A stretch of DNA of 64,000 nucleotides from Hyaloraphidium curvatum SAG 235-1 (GCA_025558095.1 JAIVFI010000013.1:248001-312000), one strand, 5' to 3'; positions 33,471-46,798 are shown, numbered from the stretch's first letter. Notes: generated by a model from the sequence alone, not told the origin. Made by a program: numbers and translations.

Positions 33471-35880
33471 ATGGCGAGTGAGGAACGAGACAGGCTTCTG
33501 GGGAGGCCCGTTGTGCCACCAGGGCCTTCGGGGCCTCTGGAGGGACAGCGTTGGTTCGACCGTCGCGGGGCACGCGACAAGGAGCCTTGACCGGACCCTT
33601 CCCGTGTCTAGTGGATTTGTGGGAGGCAGCGAAGGCAGGGGATCTGTCTCGCGTAGAGGAGCTCCTATCGAGCGGCCAATGCAAGGCTACCGACCGAGAT
33701 TCCCAGGTTCGCCGCCCACTCGTGTCCCAACGCGCTCCTGCTCTAACTTGGACGCTGCACGCGCAACCGACTGCAGGGCATCACTGCGTTGCACTGGTAA
33801 GCATTGCCTGATTTAATGCGCGGCGGAGAGTCACACCTCGACCGCCTTCCAGGGCCGCCATTCACCGACACTTAAATGTTGTAACTCTACTCCTCGGTGG
33901 GTCTTCATGCGGCGACCCCTTTCGTCTCACTCAACAGCTGGCGCAGATCGCGGTGCCGATCCGAATGCAAAGGGGGGAGACTTGATGGCAGTAGGTGGCC
34001 CGATACTCACTTCACCCGGTAGCTAACGACTTTAGCAGACTCCTGTGATGTGGGCTGCTCGTTCGGGAATCGTGGAGGTCGTGGCACTGCTGTGCCAGCG
34101 CGGCGGTGACCCGAAACTGGTCGACAGTCAAGGCTACAACGCGCTTCACTTGGCAGCCCACGGCGCCCACTACTTTGTGATCCTCTACCTCGTCATGTGC
34201 GGGGGTATGGACCTGGATTCGTTGGACCAAATGGGCCGGACAGCGTTGATGGTGCGTTTATGTCTGGGGAGCCGGGAGCTGGTGCTGACGCCCCGGCAGT
34301 GGATCGCGTACATGGGGATCTCGCAAGAATGCCTCGATCTGGTGCTGAAACTGAACCCGGACGTGAATCGGCAAGACAGCACCGGCCTTAGCGCCCTGCA
34401 TTGGGCTGTTTGCGTACGAATCGCTCCCATTTTCATTTTGCAACTTATTGACGATCGTCGGTGTTCACAGACTAGTCACTTTAGCATGGCTCAGAGCCTT
34501 CTGAAAGCCGGTGCGGACGTGCGCTTGAGAGATCAGGCGGGAAAGACCCCGGAGCAATGGGCCAAAGAGATCAACAAGGAGGAAGCTTGGCGGGACGTTG
34601 TCGCAAAGGCGACCGAGAAGCAGATAAAAGGGACCTTGACTCCGGTAAGTAGCAGCGGCAACTGTCGAACCTTCGGCTGATGAGAACCTCGCTAGAACGC
34701 TGTTCGGCTCGTCCTCTTCGTTCTTCCGTTCGCCGTTCTGCCGCTTGGCATCTTCGCCTTCGCAGTGCTACCCTGGTACTTTGGGATCCTTGGCACGGCT
34801 GGGCTAATGTGGGGGACTATGACCCTGGTGACGAGCTTGCTGGGCAGAAACGCTCACAAGGTACGTGCCAATCCGAAGGATGATGGTTCTTTTACAATGC
34901 TCTTGCCAGGACATCATCAAAACCCCTTTTCCGACTGCCATCTTCCAGGCCAGCGGCTACTACGTAGTCTTCACCTGGCTCTTTCGTCTCCTCCCAAGTT
35001 AGTAGCATGCGATCAGGAAAGCGTCACACGCTCACACATGCCCCAGACACCTCCCTCCTCCTCAGCATGGCGTTCATTTCTCTGTGGAGCACAGCGATGT
35101 ACCAGCTGTACCGCTGCATCCTTGGCGATCCGGGCTACGTGCCGCTGTGCCCAACCGCAAACGAGAGGAAGCGCGTGATTGGAGCCTTGGCGGTCGAGGG
35201 CAGGCTGAACGAGGGTTCCTTTTGCGCCACGTGCGATATCCGGCGCCCGTTACGGTCAAAGCACTGCAAGATTTGCAATCGCTGCGTCGCGCGCTTCGAC
35301 CATCACTGGTAGGCTGCTGACGCTGCAGCGGCTCAAGCACTCTCGCTGATGTACCTTTGCAGCCCCTGGACGTATTGCTGTGTCGGAACCTTGAACCATC
35401 TTCGCTTCGTGATTTTCTTGATTTGCTTTGTCAGCTGTGTCATTCTCTTCGATATCCTGACCATTGAATGTAAGCGAGCTTTGCCGGCGGTGTAAGGCGG
35501 GCCTTGTGACAGTCTTCGCGCCAGATTATTCGAGTCTGCAATACCCCATCAACCATCCCATTCCCACTTACTTCTCGTGCAGCTTCCCCACGGCGTTTTG
35601 CAACATGCTGGCGACGGACTCGTGGACGTTCCTCATCGCCACCTGGGCCGGGCTCCAAACTCTTTGGTGCGGGCCACTGTGCCTCTACCAAATCTACTAC
35701 GCCGTGGCAAACACCACGACGTATGAGTCCATTAAGGCTCCGTCGCGGTATCCGCATGATCGGGGCTTCGTACAGAACGTCGTGGAATTCCTCTCCGAAA
35801 CGCAGGGACCGAAGTGGTTCACGACTTTTGCCTCCGGAGGGTGGGATGCCCCGCGCGACAGATCTATCGACCTGGTGTGA
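33471..35880 (+). CDS. AKR1: Ankyrin-repeat DHHC palmitoyltransferase (Akr1/ZDHHC17 type)
   Basis: Ankyrin repeats ([33 protein letters not shown]), TM segments and [32 protein letters not shown]. Confidence 0.92.
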
Positions 35881-35890
35881 AGATGCGACA

Positions 35891-37345
35891 TCACGATAAT
35901 CTGAAAACGAGCGCGGTCCCGTCGTCCGATCCGGAGACGGCGGTTCTCCCATCCCTGGGGGGCAAGCAAGTGAGCCAAAACGAGCCACCCCGTCAACACG
36001 GAACCTTACTTAGATAGGACAAGGTCCAGAATCGTATCGGAATGGCCCTGCATGGTGGACTCGCATTGACCCGTCCGAGAATCCCAGGTTCGGATTGTTC
36101 GATCTGCGGATGCCGTCGTGACGAGTGGTGTTGCAGGGTGGAAACGGAGCCGTGTTATTGCGTCCTGCGACAGGAAACGAATGAGGCACTCTTCGGAGCA
36201 ATGCGCTTTCACAAACACCTCGTGCTGGCACGTTTTCCGGAGTCGGAACGTTGCCAAATCCCAGAGCATCAGCTTCCCGTCCGTCCCCGCCGTTGCAGCC
36301 AGTCCCATGACGGGGGAGAAGCCGACGGCCTCGACAGACTCTGTGTGCCCTTCGAACGATGCTAACAGCCTTCCCGTGCCGAGGTGCGTCAAGATTGCGC
36401 GCCCGTCGGAGCTGCCGGTCAGCAGGAGCGTGTTGTCCGAGTTCACAGCCATGCAGGTCACGCCCTCCTGGTGCCACCGCTGGTCTTGTGCCGTGAGCTT
36501 TCGGACCGGTTGAGCAGTTTTGGGGTCCCATACGATGCACTCTCCGTCCTCCGATCCAGACACAACGGTCTTGCCGTCGGGCGTGAACTGTCCGCACGTC
36601 ACCGGGGCCGCGTGGCCAGAGAAAACGTTCATCACCGTCCCGGAAGGGATCGCCCACATCCAGATGGTAAAGTCACTCGTGCCAGCAAGCAGCACGTTTC
36701 CTCGCGGATGCCAGTTGATCCACTGTCAAGGGGTAAGGCGATATACACTGAGGCAGACCGGCCGGCGTACCGTGATCTCAGTTCCCGCCTGCAGCGCCGT
36801 CACCTGCTTGCCGTCGCTCGTGGACCACACGAGCACCTTCCCGTCCATCCCGGCAGTTGCCACAAACTTGCCGTCGCAGTTGAACGCGACGTCAATCACC
36901 GAGTCCGAATGGCCTTCCAGCTGGAACAGGTCCTCCCCCGAATCGACCTTCCAGAGCCACGCCACGTCGTCCTCTCCGCCAGAACATGCCAGGTTCTCAT
37001 TTGTCGGGGAAAGGGCGACGGAAAACACCGAGCCCTTATGCCGGAAGAAGCCGCTACACGAGTCGTCCTGAGTCGGTTCAGCAGGTCCAGTCTCCTCCAT
37101 GCCGTCCGGGTCCTGCTCCTCAGCGTCGTCTACGACAGGAAAATGACCAGCCTCAGCACACCAGTCGCGAAGCAAACAGCAGGCAGCGCACCTTGCCCCT
37201 CGAGATCGCCCTCGTCTTCCACGTCGCCTCCGTCCATGTCCAAATCGTCCAAAGGTTCCTCGGCACCATCCTCTGCCGGTGCAATCACTTCAATAACGTC
37301 ATCCTCGCTCAGGTAGCCCTCTAGATCGCCGTCTTCGGCTGCCAT
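35891..37345 (-). CDS. SQT1: WD40 ribosome assembly chaperone Sqt1/AAMP
   Basis: Acidic N-terminus, DDS..F..HKGSVFSV, SGGEDDVAWLW, WHPRGNVLLAG and FTPDGKTVVSGSEDG WD repeats. Confidence 0.88.
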
Positions 37346-37411
37346 GAGCGACGATTTATCTTGTTTATTGTTGTCTCAGCAGCCGCTCCAACTACCGCGC
37401 ATTCGGCCCCG

Positions 37412-38178
37412 ATGAGCTTTCAGGTCATCGGAGCAGCATGCATCGTCATCCTCCTCGTTATCGTCGCTCGGACTGCTTACGTGATCTACGATGTGAACCT
37501 TGTGGCCCGCCGGAAGAAGGCGCGGCCGCGATTGCCGCACGGGACGGGGGTCGCCACACTGGTCGTGCTCGGTTCCGGAGGACACACCACGGAGATCCTT
37601 CACCTGCTTGAAAAAGTGCCCGTCGATACCTATCGACCTAGGCACTATGTCGTTGCGTCGACGGACTCCATCAGCGCCACGAAGGCGGCTGGCTTCGAGG
37701 CGAGCCGGAACCCTGATGGACTCGACTTCGTCGTGCACCGTATCCCAAGGAGCAGAGAAGTCCGGCAGTCGTTTGTAACGTCGGTGTTCTCGACACTATG
37801 GGCAACGGTACATGCCGTTGGACTGGTGTGGCGGATCTTTCCGGACCTCGTGGGTCTCGCGAGGACGATCCCACCAATTGCTCCAGCTCCTATTTGCCAG
37901 ATTGTTTGCAACGGCCCGGGAACATGTGTTCCAATTGTAGCATCGGCGCTCTTGCTCAAGGCAAGTCAGTGCCTTCGTTCCACGGGGCCCTTGTTGACCA
38001 TACGCAGATCATTGGGATAAAGGACCCAGCAGTTGTCTACGTCGAATCGTTTGCCCGCGTTCGTTCGCTGTCGCTGACAGGCAAGATCCTATACCCGCTA
38101 GTCGATCGCTTCGTGGTTCTTTGGCCGGAACTTGCAGCGAGATACCCGAAGGCGAGCTACGTCGGCCGACTAGTGTGA
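37412..38178 (+). CDS. ALG14: UDP-GlcNAc transferase subunit Alg14
   Basis: N-terminal TM, LVVLGSGGHTTE, IPRSREVRQS, CNGPGTCVP and VYVESFARVRSLSLTGKILY. Confidence 0.95.
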
Positions 38179-38210
38179 TCAGGGTATCATGGAATCGTAA
38201 TCCACATCGA

Positions 38211-38952
38211 CTAAAACGCCCGCGATTCGCCCCCCTTCCGGGACATCCTATACAGCTCGTTCATCAACGCAGTAGGGAACGGGGCCTCTGCCCTGTCCGG
38301 CGTAATGTACGTCACCTCTTTGACCAGGGACTCGGGCGTGTCCCGCTCGCCCTCTGAAAGCAAACGATGAACGCGTGACCTTTCCAGTCGAGCGACGGCA
38401 CGCACCAGGTTGATCCTTTAAGGGATTCATCCTCTCGGGGATCGGTATTTGCAGGCCCGAGAGGTGGCTTATCCGCATCCGCTCCTTCTGGCCCTTGGCA
38501 GCGTTGTAGCTCGTCTGAAAGAAGACGTGCGTCGGTTTGCTTCGCGAAAGATCGTCAATACCTTGCGACAAACCGGTTCGAGACGCGAAGGCTCACTTGA
38601 ACCTGGGATCAACAAGGAGGACTTCCTCGCATCGCAAGGGCCTCTCCTCCGTGACCACCCCTCCGGTCTTGCCGTCCTTGTACCCCGGTCTCGGTCCGAC
38701 TGATCGCGTCTGCGTCCGAATGCCCTCCACCACCAGCAGATTGCGATCCTTGATGACGTCCTTCACGACCCCTTGCTTCCCTCTGTCCACGCCAATGATG
38801 ACCTCGACCTAGTGACCGTGAGACTCCGCCGCCTTCAATGATGGAGCAAACATTCAAACCTTGTCTCCAACGAAAACTTTCCACTCCTTTATGAGCCGAT
38901 CCGGGTGTAGAGGTCGGCGCGTGCGAAACCTGGCGCCGATTCCGTTCAGCAT
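38211..38952 (-). CDS. MRPL24: Mitochondrial ribosomal protein uL24m
   Basis: KEWKVFVGDK-VEVIIGVDRGKQGVV (KOW), RNLLVVEG, EERPL...VLLVDP and RMRISHLSGLQIPIP. The start is uncertain. Confidence 0.85.
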
Positions 38953-39205
38953 CGCGGCCACGAAGAGGATGCGAGAGACACCAACGCCCTCTCCACTTTG
39001 TCCCTGAAAGCGTACATCTTGGAACTCTGTCCCATCGCGAAAATGGCTTCCACACGCCAGCAAGTATGTCAGATAGCGCCGGAGCTTTTGAGCTGGTGGG
39101 GAACGTCTCTTTGGCCCGCGGCTTGGCGCACACGCGGAGTGGTTGACAGTTGTTGACGCGGTCACGGCGTCGCAATAACAACACGTCTCCGACGGCCCGC
39201 AAACC

Positions 39206-39734
39206 ATGCTCCTGCGAATAGGCCAGCTTTCACGTGCACATCGATGTGTTGAACAGCTCTCCCGACGAATCGGGTCCACGCCTAGTGCGATTGGGGGATG
39301 CTCCCTTCTGCAGGCGCGTTTCGCATCGGGGAAGGCGGCTGCGAAAGCAGAGGCTTCGAAGAAGCTCGAGACCGCCCCCGAGCCCTCCAGAACATATTCT
39401 GCCGACGCTCTAGCAGGGGGAGCCAATGGTAGATGGGCGATGCTGGCGAATGGGTCAATTGTCTTGACATCCTTCCCGCACAGTGTCCTCGGAACCACGG
39501 GAACCGATTCCCCAATCTAGCGTCCCGAAAGGGAAGGTTCTTTCTGGGTTGAACATTTTGGCCAACGGCCAGGATCCTGTGGCCATGGCAGATGAGGACT
39601 ATCCGCCTTGGGTCTGGAAGTTGACGGAACCGAAGCAGCGGACGTTCAAACCGGAGGACCGCTTCTCGAAAGTTTACTTCAAGGTGGAGAGGAAGAAACG
39701 GCAGCTCGCATGGAACAGCGCGAAGGCGAAGTGA
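39206..39734 (+). CDS. MRPL54: Mitochondrial ribosomal protein mL54 (yeast MrpL37 family)
   Basis: Arg-rich presequence and SSVPKGKVLSGLNILANGQDPVAMADEDYPPWVWKL. Confidence 0.85.
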
Positions 39735-39822
39735 GGTCGGTTGGGGGGCTGGCGCCAATACATCGACCACGTGCTCTTCTTCGGCGTCGGAGGCCGATTC
39801 CTGTACGATGGCCAAATACAAC

Positions 39823-42800
39823 TCATCCAGCGGCGCGCTCAACATTCAACGCCATCCTCTGCCATACGTCGCTGTTCCCCATGACAGCATCTCCGCCAGC
39901 ATCACCGCCTATGACCTCTGTCGAGTTGGAATCGAGCTTCTTCTCGAACTCGCGCGGCACCTGTGGCGATTAATGCGTGAGCGCTGTTTATGCGAATGGA
40001 AGGCATAACCTACCAGGACAAACTCGTCCAAATGGTCCATGAGCGTCCTCACGACGGAGATGGCCATGAACGTGTCCTCCGCCACGGAAGCAGCATCCTT
40101 GCCCTTGCCAGCCTCCTTGGGCCGCGCATACAGGATGCAGGGAGCAACCACCGTTGCGAGGTTATCAATGTCCATCTTGTTGCCGGTGCCTCCGCCTCCG
40201 TCAGCATGCTCGGCAACAAAGCGCAGAAAGAGAAGTACAACTTCCAAGACTTCCCTATTCCCCTTCGGCAAAAGGCAAAATGCGTAATGAAGGGCCTTTT
40301 TTCTCGAGGGTTCGTCGGGCAGCTCTGCGGGCGGAACGGATCAGTCGTCCTTCTCTGCCATCGCACACCGAACCACAAACTTTGGGTGCTGACGAAGACC
40401 TTGAAAAGGTCGAAAGTCAACAGGGGATCAGGCATGTCGCGCAGGAAACGCCGCAGCAATGCGGAAAGCTGGATGACGTTCTCGCGCAGCAAAGGACCCA
40501 TGTTGTCCCCGTCCTTGTCCAAGTCATCGGCGACCGCCTTCAGCCGCTTTATGTTGCCATTCTTCCTAAAGATGCCCTCGACGCGAAGATCTGACGTGGG
40601 AGCGGATGATCAAGGCGTGCGACGATGGACGATAGTTCGTGAGAACCACCTTGCGTGCGCATCACGCGGAGACACGTATCGAGGAAGAGCGGAATGTGCA
40701 CCGATCCGGGCCCCGGATTGAGGTCCGACTGAACGCCATGCGCGTTGATGAGTTCCTGGAGCGGGACACCAAAGGTGCCCTTAGACTTTCCCTTCCGATC
40801 GGCAGCTTTGAACGAGCTGACGATCTTGTCCCATATGGTGTTCCGTTTGGACTCCACAATGTCCAGCAGTTGTTCCAAGGAAATGAAGCTCTCCAAATAG
40901 CGGTGGAGGGCAGGAACGATGGCGCTTTTTAGGGAAACAACGTCCAGCGGAGACAGCTCCGAGAGAAAGCGCTGCCCGCCCAAAACCTGAATCATCGGCT
41001 TTGAATACGGGGGGGGCACGACCGCCGGCGAAGGGAAGGAGTCCGAAGACGCGAGGCCGGCGCGGTTGGCGTCGGCCGCCGGGCCTTCGTCGTCCGAAAG
41101 TTCCTGGTCCCCGGGATCGGCGCCTTCCACTGTAAGGGTCATGGAATCGAACTGCGCGACCAATGCAGTCGAGCTCGCCCGGCCCCGTTCGACGTCAAGG
41201 CCCGGCGAACGTGTCCGAGACCCAGGCGCGGCTAGCGAGGTGCTTCCGGTGGGCCGATGCGATCGAGCGAGGGGCTCGGGCTCGACCTCCGACATTGTGT
41301 CGACGCCCGAGACCGATCTGCTTCTCCGCGAGCCTTTGGCGACCGCCGCGTCCGCCGGGCTCAAGCTTGTGGGAGTTAACCTTCCCCCAGATTCAGAAGC
41401 GGCTGTGGCTGGGCTTGAGCTTTGCGAGCGCGGCAAGCACGGCAGCAACGAACCTCGCTCGTTCAGCATGCTGCAGAGCCTCGTCAGCCCCAAGCGAAGC
41501 AAGAAAACGTACTGATTCAACTGCGAGACAGCTGGAGGGCGTAACGGCATCATCAGCTTCCATCGAGCATGCAATGCTACGTAGTCAGGCCAACCTTCGA
41601 AACCGAGTGTCACACCAACCCTGCCCCGCGAACAGTTCTCGCAATACACCCGGCGCGTCGACGATTCAAGGTACGCTGTCCGATACGTTGACGTCTGGCT
41701 GTCACCGCAGGATGCGCAAGAGAAGCAACGTCCATGCCACCTAAGCGGCCCCAGCTTTATACAATCCTCTTCCACCGGCAGTTGGCAAACGGCACAAGAC
41801 TCCGTTTTCAAGTCCGAGACGGGGAAACTTGCCGGCAACCGAACCCTTGAAGGATCCGACGGCGAAGACGGGCGCGAAGGAAGAGAGGGAGCAGTTGCCG
41901 TCTCGAGGACATCCAAGAAATGGTCAAGACCCGTGCTTGTGCTAGCCAGTCGATCCTAGTGCGAGCAGGTGAGACGAGCAGCGCAAACACTTCGTCCTAC
42001 TCACGAGCTTGATTGCTCCACGCAGCCCTGCCGTGATAATGTACTTCAGTAGCCGCGCGAGCTCTGTGACGACGGCCCTGGACGCCTGCGAGGTCTCCGC
42101 AGCGGGAGAGGATAGGTGTGTGAATAGGGCGACGACCTGCTTCGCAAGATCCTTCGGCTCCTTGTTCGTCTGCAGGACTTTCCGATCCCCAAACGCGGCC
42201 AGCTTGGCGTCGATCGCATCAATCCCGCTGAAGAGCGCGTCGACGTGGTTCAAGAAACGCGCCGCCTGGCTGAGGCATTCGTTTGGGTTGTTGTTGGCAG
42301 CCAGCTGCAGCGTCTGAGAAATGCAATCGGCCGCGCTCTCCTCGAACGAAGCAAGAACCGAGATGATGCGGCTTGTGCGGTGCTCCATAGCCTTTTGCTG
42401 CTCTGCAAGTAGATCTGGAGGCACAGGTGTCACTTAGCGAGCCACGGACCCAAAACTTCCGAAGGAACATACCCTCAGAGGCCGGTTGCTCCGACTCGGA
42501 GATGGGGATCCCTTTGGGAACAAGGCGTGCGCTCCACGACTGTTTCGAAACGGGCTGTCAGGACGTCTCCGACGCGAGATGACAAAGCCACTCGCCTGGT
42601 ATATCGTGTAGCAGTTCAAGTGCCAGTGCTCCACAGCGCCTTCGTTCCGGTTGACCTCGATGAACCGCCGGAGAACCGCCGTGTGGCAGCTGCCGCACTT
42701 GGCAGCAAACAGGAGGCTGTAATGAAACTGGCAGTAAATGTTGCCGTTCCGCTCGTAGATGGCGTCATCCTTGCTGAAGACCTTGGGACACAGAGAGCAC

Positions 42801-43196
42801 TGGAAGTGCGACTCGTGCCATTTGCGCCCGAACGCGCTTATGAACGGGCCACGGAGCGCCTGTCCGCACTTGGCGCAAAGCAAATCCAATCTCCGAAAGT
42901 AGTCCGTCTCGCAAAGAGGCCTCGGCGTGCCGTCGGGTCCTTTGGACGGGAAGAACTTGTGGGCAACCTCGACGTTGCAGTCCTGCAGCGTGCCGCTAAG
43001 CCAAGAACGACGAGCCACACGGGGGCGGACGAACCAAGCACCGAAAGCAGTTGACGTGGTGGTGCCCGTCCAGAGCCCGCACGACCTGGCCGCGCAACGG
43101 AGCACCGCAGGTGCTGCACAGGCGGACCTCCTTCGACGTAACCGTCGCGGGAGGGCCCGCCGCGCTTCGCGGCTCTGGGCTCGGGGTTGTAGCCAT
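39823..43196 (-). CDS. LIM-domain Rho GTPase-activating protein (Lrg1/Rga1-like)
   Basis: Several LIM domains (CSTC..H..CFRC, LCETDYFRRLDLLCAKC, YCQFHYS) and a RhoGAP domain (GTFGVPL, EGIFRKNG, LRRFLRDMPDPLLTF, NKMDIDNLATVVAP). Confidence 0.9.
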
Positions 43197-43285
43197 TGGC
43201 CCAGACCAAGCAGGCTCGGACTATCGCATTGGCCTTCGCGTGAAAGCGGTGGGGGGACAGTGTTGCACGCGTACACAGCGACCGA

Positions 43286-45149
43286 TCATGTGCGATCGAG
43301 ACCAAGTTTCCGGCGCCTCCGCAACGCTGCCTTGTGGCGCTTCTTGTAGTCCAGTGTGAGCTCATGACGCGTCTCTTCCCACTTGCGGACGATTTCCTCC
43401 CTGGATACGTCGATCACTCGCTGCTCGCTTCGCAGAAGCCAAACATACTCACATGGACTCCTGGCGGCGGAAGAGGGGCGCGTCTGGCGGGAGCTCCGGG
43501 AGGAAGCGCCGGAAGTCCAGCTCCGGGTTGCCGACGTGAAGGAAGAACATGCGTTGGGGCCGAGTTCCGAACCCCGCGGCCACGGCCTCGTTCTCCTCCT
43601 CGATCGCGCTGATCGACGGTTTCGGGGGCTGAACAGCGGCTTCGGCGGGTGCTTCGGTCACGTCCACTGCTGCATCCCGACCTTCCGTTCTTTCCTCCTC
43701 GAGTCCGAGGGCTCTTGTCAGGCTGAACTTTGTCCTCGCTTGCGCAGGACCTCCAAAGAGCGATGAAACGGGGCCAGGTTCCCGGGACGGATTGGAGGCA
43801 GTTGGCGCGTTGAAGATGAGAGCGCGCAAATCCGTGTTGACTTTGTAGTCGACTTGGTCATCCAACGGCGGCGGCGAGGAACGTCCGGGGTTGGAAGAAT
43901 GCGAGTGCGATGAATCAGAGTCCGAATCCATGTTCGCGACAGCAGTGGCATCCGCGTTGCTCTCCCCTGCTGCAAAACCCTGCGATGCTGTGCCTTCGCT
44001 TTGGTCTGCACCATCGCTCTCGGCAGGCTCGCCCTCTGAGTCCCGAGCATCGCCCTGGTTCGTTCCTCGGGCAGAACTCCCCTCAAAGTCGCCGCGATTG
44101 CCGAGATCCAAGTCCTCGATACTGCCTGTGTCCGTTTCTTCTTCTCGAAATGGCGATCCCGGTATTGTAACGGAGCCAGAATGCTCCCCCTCGTCGTCGA
44201 GGAAGCTGACAACACCAGCAGTACTTTCGACTGCAGAATCGTTCACCTCCTCGAGTAAGTTGGAAAGCAACGCGAGTGATTTCCGCTTCTCCTCCGCCAA
44301 TTGCTTCGAAATGGAATCCAAAGTGATCTGCTTTGCGGCCCTTGCCGCCTCCACGTCGTGGGGCGACTCTGGCGTTCGTTTCCGTTTCCGAATGCCAGCG
44401 TCGCCAGCCGTGAGCTCCATTGGAGAGTCCTTCGTTTCGTGTTCGGGCAGCTCAAAATGCTTCGTTTTCAGCAGCTGTGCAGGTCGGCCTTGCTCCGTCG
44501 TCCGGCCTCCATCTGCGTCGCCTCCGCCACGTCCCTCAAGCGCACCGCCCGACGGCCACGTCAGATCCCGCACCGACTTGCCAGCCACATCAATGCGGGA
44601 GCTGAATTTGGTCAAGCTGCTCTTGAACCGCGACGTGTCCACCTCGTAAACCTTGCGTGTGACGGGATCGCGCAGCTTGACGGTGGCGAGGATCGCCCGA
44701 TCGTATCTGGTTCTTGACCAACCGGGCCGCATGGCAGCTTCCGAATCGGCGACGAGCCGCATGTCCTCGGCCAGGGCCACGAGTTGCTTCTTTCTTCGCC
44801 GCCGAACACGCTTTGGTACGCTCGGCTGGGTTGCGGCAGCGGCCGGTTTCCGCGCCGCCTCCCGCTCCTTCTCCAATCTGTCCAGCCGTGACGGTTTCGC
44901 CTCCTCGATCTTTAGCTGCATGCCCGCCCATTTCGTTCCGTTGTAGACGCTGACGCATCTTCGGAAGCTCGAGTCCGTCCCGGTCAGGGTCAGATGGGCG
45001 AACCCCCTGGCCCGCCCCATCCCGTCCACCGCCGCAGGAATCTCGACATCGGAAACGGTCCCAAAGGCTTGGAAGCGCTGCTTAAGCTGAGCCTCCGTCA
45101 CCGGAGAAGTCAGCCCGCCGATGTAGAGCCGGCGGGTCGTCTCGGCCAT
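43286..45149 (-). CDS. Nucleolar RRM protein Nop8/NOL8-like
   Basis: RRLYIGGL..RGFAHL..YNGTKWAGMQLKIEEAKP (NOL8-type RRM) and terminal exon WEETRHELTLDYKKRHKAALRR. Confidence 0.8.
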
Positions 45150-45214
45150 GTTTGTTTTGACAGGTGATCGACGCCGCCGGCGGTGGTCGAGGGAGCTGGA
45201 ACGCGTGTTCGCGT

Positions 45215-46798
45215 ATGGCCGTGGTTTTCGCCGGAGACCCACTCGACGAGTACCTGACGGCTGCAAATGGTGACGATGGGCCCCCGGACGCGATCGAGGA
45301 GTCTTTCGTCGGATCCGGAGGACGAAGTGCGGGCTTCGCACCGGGCAGCGAAACCGCGATCCCGACCCGTGAGAAGCTCCCTCTGGAGATCATGGCGGTC
45401 ATCGAGGAGCATCTCGAGAAGCTAATGAGCACGAGACTTGCTGTCGATGGACCTGTCGGCCGATCGTATCCGAAGAATCGCGGGGTGCGCGGGCTCCTGG
45501 CTTCACGCTCGAATCTTTCCTATGCTCCCGCGCTTCTCGGCGCGGCCGGTGCCGCTTCTGTCGCTCTGGCTATGTTTGCACGAAGAATTTCCGTTCTGGG
45601 CCTGGTTTCGAGGGCCGCGCTTGGGGCAGTGGCCTCTGCGGGCGTGTTCTGGTACCGAAGTTACGGCGATCGCGGGATGCGAGCGAGGAGCAGCATTGGA
45701 AGCTACCTCCGCGCTGTCGAGTACTTTGACTCTGCCATATCCGGAGGCGTTGCTCGTTTGAGGAGGCTCGAGCGCATGCTCGCTACCCTCGCGCAAACAG
45801 GGCCCGCGGACGACGCAGCGCCATTTTTCCTTGACGCCCCGACGAAGTGGCTGGTCGGTAACATGCCCGCAGCGGCGGAAACTCTCGGCAAGTTGCTGCT
45901 GCGGACTTCGATGTCAGCTACCGATGCCTCGGACGGTGCGTCCCCGCTCCATCCACGGAGGGGTGCGACAGACCTCGAAATCGCGGACGATCATGCGGTT
46001 CTGTGCAGGCAGCTGCACCTCACCGTGCTCCGGGACCTGGCCACGGCGTTGGAGCGTGCTTCGCCCGGGACGGCCGATAGTCTGGTTTCCGACGTTGCCC
46101 CGGCGTTCGAGGCCGCGGGGACGAAGCTTCGGTATATGGCCGACGAATTTTCTCGGACGTTGGACGCAGCGTGCTCCATCGATGTGGGTTCTCCGCCGGC
46201 CACGGATGGGCAGGAATCCGACGACGATCCGGGGATCGGCAGGAACGCCTCCCCGCAGTTCGCATCACCATCCCGGCACCGCCTGCACGGCGCCATCGCC
46301 GGTGCCGACCGCGCCCTCTCCTCCCTCCGCGACGGCCTCCTCGCCGTCTCGCACGCCGTCCCCGGCGGCCCGTCCGCGGATCCGGCGCCGCTGGCGGACA
46401 AGCTGGCCGCCGACGCAGCGGTGTTGCGCGACTGCGTGGGTTCGGTGGTGCGGCTCCTCTCGCCTGCCGGACAGCCGGATGCGGATGCACGCGGTCAGCG
46501 GACGGCGGCTTCGGAGGATGTCGCCGACGCCGGGCAGGCCGAGCCGATCGCGCCCATGAGGCTCGATTTCCGCGACGAGCTCTCGGCCGCCGGCGCGGTC
46601 TTCGAGGACTCGCCATCCGCGGGCTCCGCCGATTCGGCACCGGACCGCCCCCGCCTGACCCGCGCGGAGCGGATCGTGCAGCAGCGGCTGCAGCGCGAGG
46701 AGGAAGCCCGCAGGCGGGAGGCGCGCGAGCAGGCGGACCAGCTCCTGCGGGAGCTCAAGGGGGTGCTGGCGCTCCAGGGCGAAAGGGTGCCGCAGTAG
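45215..46798 (+). CDS. Vezatin-like (fungal VezA-type) membrane protein
   Basis: N-terminal VVFAGDPLDEYL, two TM segments and C-terminal LTRAERI...LLRELKGVL resemble fungal vezatin-like proteins (from memory). Confidence 0.65.
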   Translation: MAVVFAGDPLDEYLTAANGDDGPPDAIEESFVGSGGRSAGFAPGSETAIPTREKLPLEIMAVIEEHLEKLMSTRLAVDGPVGRSYPKNRGVRGLLASRSNLSYAPALLGAAGAASVALAMFARRISVLGLVSRAALGAVASAGVFWYRSYGDRGMRARSSIGSYLRAVEYFDSAISGGVARLRRLERMLATLAQTGPADDAAPFFLDAPTKWLVGNMPAAAETLGKLLLRTSMSATDASDGASPLHPRRGATDLEIADDHAVLCRQLHLTVLRDLATALERASPGTADSLVSDVAPAFEAAGTKLRYMADEFSRTLDAACSIDVGSPPATDGQESDDDPGIGRNASPQFASPSRHRLHGAIAGADRALSSLRDGLLAVSHAVPGGPSADPAPLADKLAADAAVLRDCVGSVVRLLSPAGQPDADARGQRTAASEDVADAGQAEPIAPMRLDFRDELSAAGAVFEDSPSAGSADSAPDRPRLTRAERIVQQRLQREEEARRREAREQADQLLRELKGVLALQGERVPQ

